Part shown: positions 56,955 through 64,000 of the stretch, piece by piece
How positions within the stretch are numbered: the first letter of the stretch is position 1
Layout of the letters: each line of letters starts with the position of its first letter
Program-made: the position numbers and the translations under genes
The notes under the pieces: generated by a model
The model's input: only the letters and a program-made list of their open reading frames with translations
The model's database searches: none
Told to the model about the DNA's origin: nothing
DNA from: Terrimicrobiaceae bacterium
GTDB lineage: Bacteria; Verrucomicrobiota; Verrucomicrobiia; Chthoniobacterales; Terrimicrobiaceae
Length of the DNA stretch: 64,000 nucleotides
Assembly: GCA_041752695.1 (NCBI GenBank)
Contig: JBGSVZ010000046.1
Span: forward strand, 1-64,000
Reading direction: 5' to 3'

Positions 56955-57167
56955 ATGAAAAGTCTCCTGCTGGCCGCTCTCTGGATGATCCCGTTTTATT
57001 TTTTGGGATTATTCGGATGCCTCTGGCTGCTGCCTTACCTTTCCCCAAACTCCCACGACGCCTCGATCGAGGCCGCGATGACCGGGGCCTTTTTCGTCGG
57101 GCCCCTGGCCGCTCTTGCCGGATTCACGGGCGGGTTCTTTTTTCATCGCTCCCGGAAGAGTCGGTGA
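56955..57167 (+). CDS. Small hypothetical 2-TM protein
   Basis: Two hydrophobic segments, SPNSHD..IEAAMT. Confidence 0.55.
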   Translation: MKSLLLAALWMIPFYFLGLFGCLWLLPYLSPNSHDASIEAAMTGAFFVGPLAALAGFTGGFFFHRSRKSR

Positions 57168-57278
57168 GATTTCCGTCTACCGAGCTTAATCGGGCTTAAT
57201 CACAACAGGACCGCAGCAAATTATGGAGTTCATCGCGCAGAAAAGCGTCGGCGCGAGCCTGCGATTCACCGCGGCACG

Positions 57279-57716
57279 TCATCCGAATATGAAGATGATT
57301 TTCGTGGTTCGAGAGAAATCCGCGTAGGCCTCGGCTGTGAACGGCATATTCGCGTAAGCCTCGCGAACAATTGCTTCGGCAGCGTTTGCGATTTCCGGCG
57401 AGACCGAACCACGGACCCCCAGAATGGTCATCTGTCGGTTTGGAGCAAAACTGACATCCACCTCCACCCGTGTCATCGGCAGGGGATAATTCCGAATGCC
57501 GTCGAACTGATTGGAACCGAGGCGGGAAAGATATCCGATAAATTCCGAAAAATAGAGACTGTGAGATCCATCCACATTCAAGCTCGGACCCTGAACGGCA
57601 GCCCACACGTTTTTCCCGCGCGGACGGGATTTGGACGCTTCGATCGACTTCTGGATTGCGGCGCATCCCGCGAATGCAAAAAGCATCAGAGCCACACCGA
57701 TTGAGAGGAATCTCAT
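57279..57716 (-). CDS. Hypothetical lipoprotein
   Basis: FAGC lipobox; minus-strand TTGACA at 57748-57753 upstream. Confidence 0.55.
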   Translation of the reverse strand: MRFLSIGVALMLFAFAGCAAIQKSIEASKSRPRGKNVWAAVQGPSLNVDGSHSLYFSEFIGYLSRLGSNQFDGIRNYPLPMTRVEVDVSFAPNRQMTILGVRGSVSPEIANAAEAIVREAYANMPFTAEAYADFSRTTKIIFIFG

Positions 57717-57883
57717 CGGGGCATTGAAAGCCTTCCGCCTAGACGACTGTCAATGCCGATACAGCACTCCCGACCCAACAGGGCAACTCAGAGTCTCCGC
57801 AAGCCTCACAAAACCCGAAACCCCGGCTTTTTTTCACGCATCTCTTGACGATTTTTCACCGACACGACAAAACCACGGGAGTA

Positions 57884-59509
57884 ATGAGCGCTACGGCAAC
57901 CGAGGTTCCAATGTTAAACGTCCAGGTGGACGGGGAATGGAAACAATTTCCCAAGGGCACAAGGCTCATTGAGGCATGCATGAAGAGCGGGAGTTTTATC
58001 CCGCACTACTGCTACCACCCGAAACTCAGTTCGCCGGGCAACTGCCGGATGTGCCTCGTGGAGATGGGCATGCCGAAGATGACCCCGGACCGCAAACCCA
58101 TCATGGGCGCGGACGGAAAACCCGAGATCGCCTGGAGCCCGCGGCCGGCCATCTCCTGCGCCACCGAGGTGAGCGAAGGCATGGGCGTCCGCACGACGTC
58201 CCCCATGGTCGAGGAATGCCGCAAGGGCGTGATGGAATTTCTCCTCATCAATCATCCGCTCGACTGTCCGATCTGCGACCAGGCGGGGGAATGCCGCCTC
58301 CAGGAATTTTCCGTCGAATACGGCAAGGGCGACTCGCGTTTCCTTGAGGATAAGGTCAAAAAACCGAAACGCGTGGACATCGGCCCGCGCATCGTGCTCG
58401 ATGACGAGCGCTGCATCATGTGTTCCCGGTGCATCCGGTTCATGCAGGAAGTGGCCAAGGACGACGTGCTGGGCTTCGTCAATCGCGGCAGTCACACCAC
58501 GCTGACGGTTTACCCCGGCCGATCGCTGGACAACAATTATTCTCTCAACACCGTGGACATCTGCCCGGTGGGTGCCCTGACCTCCAAGGATTTCCGCTTC
58601 GGCATGCGTGTCTGGTTCCTGCGGGAAACCAAGAGTATCGACGTCAATTGCGGCACGGGGGCAAACATCCTCATCTCCAGCCGCGAAAACGCCCTCTATC
58701 GCATCACTCCCCGGGAAAACGACTTCGTCAATTCCTGCTGGATGCCCGACAACCACCGGCTGAATTACCATTACGTCAACAGCCCTGAGCGGCTGAAGGA
58801 CCCCGCCGTTCGTGGCGAAGAGCCCCCCGCCAAATGGCCCCATGCCATCCAGACCGCTGTGGCCCAGCTGCAGAAAAATGCCGGCGCGACCGCCATGATC
58901 GCTTCCGCCCGCATGACGAACGAGGAGATGTTCCTCGCCGCCCGACTGGCCAAAACGCTGGGCATCACCCTGCTCGACGTGCTGCCCCGCCCGCAGAAAG
59001 GCGATGGGTTCCTCATTTCCGACGACGGCAACCCGAACACATCCGGCGCGAAACTTTTCGACCTCGCCACCGGCAAACTCCCCGAGATCGCCTCGGGAGT
59101 GGCCTCCGGCAAAATCAAAGCCCTCCTCGTTTTGGGCGAAGACGCCGTCGATTGCGGAATCGCAGAAGGCGACCTGGCCAAGCTCGACGCCCTCGTCGTC
59201 ACCAGCATCCTGCCGGACAAGACCACCGCCGCCGCCAGCGTGGTGCTTCCTTCAGCCTCTTGGGCCGAGAAGCGCGGCTCCATGATCAATCTCAAAGGCC
59301 GCCTCCAGCGCCTCAACCAGGCCATCGCGTCGCCTGGGCAGGCCCGGGACGACTGGGAAATCCTGCGCGACCTCATCCAGGCCGCCGGGGGATCGAACGG
59401 CATCTACACCATCGACGAACTTTTCCAACAGATGGCCGGGGCCACCACCGCACTGGCGGGTCTCAGCCTGGGAAGAATCGGCGACATCGGCATCGAACTG
59501 ACCCTTTAA
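57884..59509 (+). CDS. nuoG: NADH-quinone oxidoreductase subunit G (short form)
   Basis: IPHYCYH, GNCRMCLVE, NHPLDCPICDQAGEC.LQ, RCIMCSRCIRF, DICPVGAL. Confidence 0.93.
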   Translation: MSATATEVPMLNVQVDGEWKQFPKGTRLIEACMKSGSFIPHYCYHPKLSSPGNCRMCLVEMGMPKMTPDRKPIMGADGKPEIAWSPRPAISCATEVSEGMGVRTTSPMVEECRKGVMEFLLINHPLDCPICDQAGECRLQEFSVEYGKGDSRFLEDKVKKPKRVDIGPRIVLDDERCIMCSRCIRFMQEVAKDDVLGFVNRGSHTTLTVYPGRSLDNNYSLNTVDICPVGALTSKDFRFGMRVWFLRETKSIDVNCGTGANILISSRENALYRITPRENDFVNSCWMPDNHRLNYHYVNSPERLKDPAVRGEEPPAKWPHAIQTAVAQLQKNAGATAMIASARMTNEEMFLAARLAKTLGITLLDVLPRPQKGDGFLISDDGNPNTSGAKLFDLATGKLPEIASGVASGKIKALLVLGEDAVDCGIAEGDLAKLDALVVTSILPDKTTAAASVVLPSASWAEKRGSMINLKGRLQRLNQAIASPGQARDDWEILRDLIQAAGGSNGIYTIDELFQQMAGATTALAGLSLGRIGDIGIELTL

Positions 59510-59512
59510 AAG

Positions 59513-60745
59513 ATGGACCTTTTTTCCCTTGCCATGCAACCCGAGGTGTTCCTCGTCTGGACCTCGATTGCCAAGACCGCCTTCATCGTTTTTGCGGTGG
59601 TGCTGCCGCTCGTCTCGCTCTCCGTTTTCGCCGAACGCAAGGTCTGCGCGTTCATTCAAGATCGCCTCGGCCCCAACCGCGTGGGGCTGCCCACAACGCT
59701 CGTGGGCTTCAAGACCGACTGGCGGCTCGCCGGCATCGGCCAGATGATTGCCGACCCAATCAAGCTGGTGCTGAAGGAAAACTTCATCCCGGCCAGCGTG
59801 AACAAATTTTATTATTACATCGCGCCCAAGCTCTCGATGATCCCGCCGATCCTCGTCTTCGCGGTGCTGCCCTTTGGCTCGACGTTTTTCGGCGTTCCCA
59901 TGGTGATCGCCAACATCGATATCGGCGTGCTTTTTGTCTTCGCGGTTTCCTCGCTCGGGGTCTACGGCATCGTGTTGGCCGGCTGGGCCTCGAATTCGAA
60001 GTATCCCTTTCTCGGAGGCATCCGTTCCAGTTCGCAGATGATTTCCTACGAGCTGTCCCTCGGGCTTTCGGTCATCCCTGTTTTTCTCCTTATTGGCACG
60101 CTCAACATGCAGGACATCGTCCTCTGGCAGCGCGAATACGGCTGGTTGGTTTCTCCGGTCTGGTTCAAGGACCTCACTCTCGAAAAAGTTGTCCACCTCG
60201 ATTTCGCCGGCATTTGGGCGGCGATTCAGACGGGATTCTCCTGGCAGCGGCTCCTGCTTTGGATCCCGATGATCATCTCGTTCCTGATTTTCCTCATCGC
60301 GATGTTCGCGGAAACCAACCGCATGCCGTTCGACCTTCCGGAGGCGGAACAGGAACTCGTGGGCGGCTACCACACGGAATATTCCGGCATGGGATTTGCG
60401 CTGTTTTTCCTGGGAGAATACGCCGCCATGATCGCCGGGTCCGGGGTGATCGTGACCCTGTTTCTCGGCGGCTGGAGCCTGCCTTGGATCCCCGACGGGG
60501 CGAGCACGTCATTTTTTAACCTGGCCTTCATCCCGGGCTGGCTGGCGGGCGCGCTGTGGGGCCTCGTCAACATCACCGTTTTCTTCGGCAAGGTCTCGAT
60601 GCTGCTGCTCTTCTTCATCTGGGTGCGTTGGACTCTGCCTCGCTTCCGCTATGACCAGCTGATGAATTTGGGCTGGTACTTCTTCTTCGAGCTGGCGCTG
60701 GTGAACATCTTCATCGTCGCCGCCATCGTCGCCTTCGTCAGATAG
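59513..60745 (+). CDS. nuoH: NADH-quinone oxidoreductase subunit H
   Basis: ERK..A.IQ.R.GPNR, GWASNSKY, ISYE, ETNR.PFDLPEAE.EL, RFRYDQLM. Confidence 0.96.
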   Translation: MDLFSLAMQPEVFLVWTSIAKTAFIVFAVVLPLVSLSVFAERKVCAFIQDRLGPNRVGLPTTLVGFKTDWRLAGIGQMIADPIKLVLKENFIPASVNKFYYYIAPKLSMIPPILVFAVLPFGSTFFGVPMVIANIDIGVLFVFAVSSLGVYGIVLAGWASNSKYPFLGGIRSSSQMISYELSLGLSVIPVFLLIGTLNMQDIVLWQREYGWLVSPVWFKDLTLEKVVHLDFAGIWAAIQTGFSWQRLLLWIPMIISFLIFLIAMFAETNRMPFDLPEAEQELVGGYHTEYSGMGFALFFLGEYAAMIAGSGVIVTLFLGGWSLPWIPDGASTSFFNLAFIPGWLAGALWGLVNITVFFGKVSMLLLFFIWVRWTLPRFRYDQLMNLGWYFFFELALVNIFIVAAIVAFVR

Positions 60746-60753
60746 TCCACCGA

Positions 60754-60769
60754 TGGCACGGGATGTGCT
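60754..60769 (+). promoter_or_regulatory. Sigma-54 (-24/-12) promoter of eutBC
   Basis: TGGCACGGGATGTGCT: GG-N10-GC with a canonical TGGCAC, 21 nt before ATG 60791. Confidence 0.72.
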
Positions 60770-60790
60770 GATTTTCCGCGAGGGAAACCG

Positions 60791-62176
60791 ATGTCCTACT
60801 CCATCACTCTAGGCGGAACGACGCATTGCTTCGCCAGCCTGAAGCAGTTGCTGGCCAAGGCGACGCCACTGCGCTCCGGCGATCAACTGGCGGGGGTTGC
60901 CGCGCATTCGGCCGAAGAAAGAGTCGCCGCGCAGATGCGCCTCGCCGAAGTCCCCCTTGCGGCATTTCTGGAAGAGCCCGTCATTCCTTACGAAGAGGAC
61001 GAAGTCACCCGGTTAATCCTCGACCGGCACGATCAAGAAACCTTTCAAGCGGTGTCCACCCTGAGCGTGGGCGAATTCCGCGACTGGCTGCTCGATTACA
61101 AAACCGATACCGCCGTTCTGAGCAAACTGGCACCGGGGCTTACTCCGGAAATGGTCGCCGCCGTGAGCAAACTCATGGGCAATCAGGATCTGGTGCTCGT
61201 CGCGCAAAAAGCCCGCGTCGTGACAAAGTTCCGCAACACCATCGGTCTGCCGGGACGCCTCAGTGTCCGCCTCCAGCCCAACCATCCGACGGACGACCCC
61301 AAGGGCATCGCCGCGTCCATTCTCGACGGGCTGCTCTACGGCTGCGGAGACGCCGTGATTGGCATCAATCCGGCCACCGACAATCCCGCCGCCTGTGCGT
61401 CGTTAATGCGGTTGATGGATCGGCTGATTCAGGAGTATGAAATTCCCACGCAAAGCTGCGTCCTCAGCCACGTGACCACCACCATGCAATGCATGGAACG
61501 CGGTGAGCCGGTGGACCTGGTTTTTCAATCCATCGCGGGCACGGAAGCGGCCAACGCGAGTTTCGGCATTTCCCTCTCCCTGTTGGCGGAAGCCCGGGCG
61601 ATGGGTCTGGCACTTCGGCGAGGCACGGTTGGGGACAACGTCATGTATTTCGAGACGGGACAGGGCTCCTGTCTGTCCGCGAATGCCCATCACGATTGCG
61701 ATCAACAGACGCTCGAGGCCCGGGCCTACGCCGTCGCGCGGGAGTTTTCCCCGCTGTTGGTCAACACGGTCGTCGGATTCATCGGCCCGGAATATCTCTA
61801 CGATGGCAAACAAATCATCCGGGCCGGACTCGAGGATCACTTCTGCGGCAAGCTCCTCGGTGTCCCAATGGGCTGCGACGTCTGTTACACGAACCATGCA
61901 GAGGCCGATCAGGACGACATGGACACGCTGCTCACCCTGCTGGGCGTGGCGGGATGCAACTTTATCATGGGCGTCCCGGGGGCGGACGACATCATGCTCA
62001 ACTACCAGTCCACGTCCTTTCACGACAGCCACTACCTCCGGCAGGCCCTGGGGTTGAAGCCGGCACCGGAGTTTGAGGAATGGCTGCAAAAAATGAAAAT
62101 CTTTGGCGCCTCAAATCGCCTGGAAGCCATTTCGCAGCGCCACGCCCTGCTCAGCTCGGGGTTTGCTTCCCCATGA
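60791..62176 (+). CDS. eutB: Ethanolamine ammonia-lyase large subunit
   Basis: RSGD.LAG, RLQPNHPTDD, MYFETGQGS, VNTVVGFIGPEYL, GCDVCYTNH. Confidence 0.96.
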   Translation: MSYSITLGGTTHCFASLKQLLAKATPLRSGDQLAGVAAHSAEERVAAQMRLAEVPLAAFLEEPVIPYEEDEVTRLILDRHDQETFQAVSTLSVGEFRDWLLDYKTDTAVLSKLAPGLTPEMVAAVSKLMGNQDLVLVAQKARVVTKFRNTIGLPGRLSVRLQPNHPTDDPKGIAASILDGLLYGCGDAVIGINPATDNPAACASLMRLMDRLIQEYEIPTQSCVLSHVTTTMQCMERGEPVDLVFQSIAGTEAANASFGISLSLLAEARAMGLALRRGTVGDNVMYFETGQGSCLSANAHHDCDQQTLEARAYAVAREFSPLLVNTVVGFIGPEYLYDGKQIIRAGLEDHFCGKLLGVPMGCDVCYTNHAEADQDDMDTLLTLLGVAGCNFIMGVPGADDIMLNYQSTSFHDSHYLRQALGLKPAPEFEEWLQKMKIFGASNRLEAISQRHALLSSGFASP

Positions 62177-62931
62177 GCGATGCGTGGACCCATCTGCGTG
62201 ACTTCACGGCCGCGCGAATCGCCCTCGGACACGCCGGGGGTAGCCTGCCCACCGGCCCGCATCTCGATTTCCGACTATCCCATGCCCGGGCCCGCGACGC
62301 CGTGCTGGCTCCGTTCGATCCGGAAGCCCTGGCCACCGAAGTCCGCACCATCCATCCCGAAGTCATCCTGCTGGAGAGCGAGGCAGTCCATCGTGCCGAC
62401 TATCTCCAGCGCCCCGACCATGGCCGGAAGCTCTCCGGGGCTTCCCGGGAAAAACTCTCGACCCTCGCCCATCGGCCCCCGCCCGACCTGGCCATCATCC
62501 TTTCCGACGGGCTCTCCACGCTTGCTATCATGGCCCAGGGCGTCCCCCTATTGCGGGAGCTTCTGCCCCTGCTGGAGGGATGGAGGCTGGCTCCGATTTT
62601 CATCATCCGTCACGGCCGGGTAGCGGTTCAGGATGAAATCGGCGGAATTCTTTGCGCCGGCCAGAGCCTGATTTTGCTGGGAGAGCGCCCGGGGCTGGGT
62701 TCGCCCGACAGCCTCGGGGCGTACTTCACCTATGCGCCGGTGCCGGGCCGCACCGACGCGGAACGCAACTGCGTATCCAATATCCGGCCGCAGGGCCTGA
62801 CGCACGCCGCGGCTGCCCGGAAACTTCATGCCCTGCTCGAGGCCTCGCGCAACCTCAAACTCAGCGGCGTGCGTTTAAAAGACGACTCGCCGTTTCTGGC
62901 AGATCCGGGTTCCGCCGCGTTGTTACCCTAA
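62173..62931 (+). CDS. eutC: Ethanolamine ammonia-lyase small subunit
   Basis: T.ARI.LG.AG, HARARDAV, YL.RPD.GR.L, GERPGL, RNC.SNI. Confidence 0.95.
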   Translation: MSDAWTHLRDFTAARIALGHAGGSLPTGPHLDFRLSHARARDAVLAPFDPEALATEVRTIHPEVILLESEAVHRADYLQRPDHGRKLSGASREKLSTLAHRPPPDLAIILSDGLSTLAIMAQGVPLLRELLPLLEGWRLAPIFIIRHGRVAVQDEIGGILCAGQSLILLGERPGLGSPDSLGAYFTYAPVPGRTDAERNCVSNIRPQGLTHAAAARKLHALLEASRNLKLSGVRLKDDSPFLADPGSAALLP

Positions 62932-64000
62932 GGAACCGGACCCGAACCCAGAGCTTCCTCGGCGCCGTGGGATTTGCCCTTGGACAACGCAAATTCCTCC
63001 TCCGGAGAGAGCACCAGCCGGTGACGTCCGTAAAACGCAAAATAGACCAGCCCCGCCAAATACCAAGCCAGGGCGGCATAGACACCCTTCACATAAGCGG
63101 GATCCTGCAGTTGGTAACAGAGAGTCACCATCGCAATGGCGATCGTGGCAACGGCACCGGGTATGCCGAGCGGACTGCGATAGGGACGCTCAATATCAGG
63201 CAGCTTGTAACGCAGCAGAATGAAAGACAGGCCCTGAAAGGCATACGAGATCATCGCTCCAAAAACCGCCATGTTCAGGAGTGTGCCGCCAATGAGCGCG
63301 CCACCGGCGGTTTCGCCCGCCGTGAACCAGATGGTCAAGAGAACCGCCAGCCCGATGAGCGACCCTGTAATCATCGCCACGTGGGGAGTCTGCCGTTTCC
63401 CATGCGTGATGGAGAGGAACGGCAGATAGTACCCGGCCCGCGAGAGCGAATAAATCTGCCGTCCAAACGCAAAGATGATGGTGTGAAAACTCGCAATCAG
63501 TCCGATCACGGCAAAGAGGGCCAGCAGCTTGGCGACACCAGCGCCATACAAAGTCCGAAATCCGTCCAGCAGAGGTTCCGCCGACGTCGCCAACGAAAAC
63601 GAGCCCTTCATCTGCCCCTCTCCCGTCCCGCCGATCGAGGCGTTCAGGACCATGATCATGACCGCCGAAAAAATCAGCGTGAACATTCCGAGAATCAGAC
63701 CCTTTGGCATGTCCTTCTTTGGGTCGTGGGATTCTTCCGCAGCCAGCGGTAATTCCTCAATGGCGAGAAAAAGCCAGACCGCAAAGGGCAGCGCGGCAAA
63801 GGCTCCGGCCAGGCCCTTGGGCAGGAAAGAGCCTCCCCCGTTGGGCAATTCGACCAGAGCCCCATCCGATCCCACACCAATATTCAAGGCCCAGCGGGTG
63901 AAATCCGCGTGGGGAATCGCGCTCACCCAGAAAACCACCAACACAGCCAGGGCCAGCAGTGTCACCACGACCGAAATTTTGAATGACAGCTCCACCCCCC
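62928..64000 (-). CDS. eat: Amino acid (ethanolamine) permease, 3' part (start beyond window)
   Basis: PFAVWLFLAIE..PLAAEE, GLIASFH, RQ..SLSRAGY, RPYRSP; convergent with eutC. Confidence 0.82.
   Translation of the reverse strand, partial: GVELSFKISVVVTLLALAVLVVFWVSAIPHADFTRWALNIGVGSDGALVELPNGGGSFLPKGLAGAFAALPFAVWLFLAIEELPLAAEESHDPKKDMPKGLILGMFTLIFSAVMIMVLNASIGGTGEGQMKGSFSLATSAEPLLDGFRTLYGAGVAKLLALFAVIGLIASFHTIIFAFGRQIYSLSRAGYYLPFLSITHGKRQTPHVAMITGSLIGLAVLLTIWFTAGETAGGALIGGTLLNMAVFGAMISYAFQGLSFILLRYKLPDIERPYRSPLGIPGAVATIAIAMVTLCYQLQDPAYVKGVYAALAWYLAGLVYFAFYGRHRLVLSPEEEFALSKGKSHGAEEALGSGPVP

Noticed and set aside
57168..57880. Lone reverse-strand lipoprotein gene as an integron cassette
   Set aside because: No attC-like structure or integrase found; it has its own promoter-like sequence.
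403..63752. Many long alternative-frame or antisense ORFs (e.g. 1489-3216, 2960-4525, 6121-7725, 9787-11361, 52591-54531, 58834-60519)
   Set aside because: They overlap well-supported genes, have Arg/Gly/Pro-rich shadow composition and show no motifs; expected in high-GC DNA.

Overview
GC-rich bacterial chromosome segment, most likely Verrucomicrobiota (inferred from the protein families and gene order; not verifiable here). Left to right it holds: the end of an IS5-family element; an ArsR-controlled persulfide/sulfur-handling cluster; a secreted serine protease with autotransporter-type repeats; and a J-domain protein. Next comes a long minus-strand caa3 oxidase + Rieske/cytochrome b operon with a CtaG-4Fe-4S fusion. 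This operon appears to be interrupted twice: once by a VapBC + Mre11/Rad50-like block bounded by short direct repeats, and once by an inverted-repeat-bounded element plus a sulfatase. That element carries an unannotated remnant resembling the C-terminus of a Y1 (HUH) transposase and an Fe/2OG dioxygenase cargo gene. The rest comprises a NemR-like electrophile-stress operon with two operators, PadR/GyrI, a second VapBC pair, feoAB plus a small Cys-rich ORF, nadD-rsfS bracketed by REP-like repeats, transporters, alr, actP, DUF4160/DUF2442, ffh-rpsP-khpA, nuoG-nuoH, and eutBC (sigma-54-type promoter) with a convergent partial ethanolamine permease. No rRNA, tRNA or CRISPR array was seen. All family assignments come from motif recognition by eye, not from database searches.
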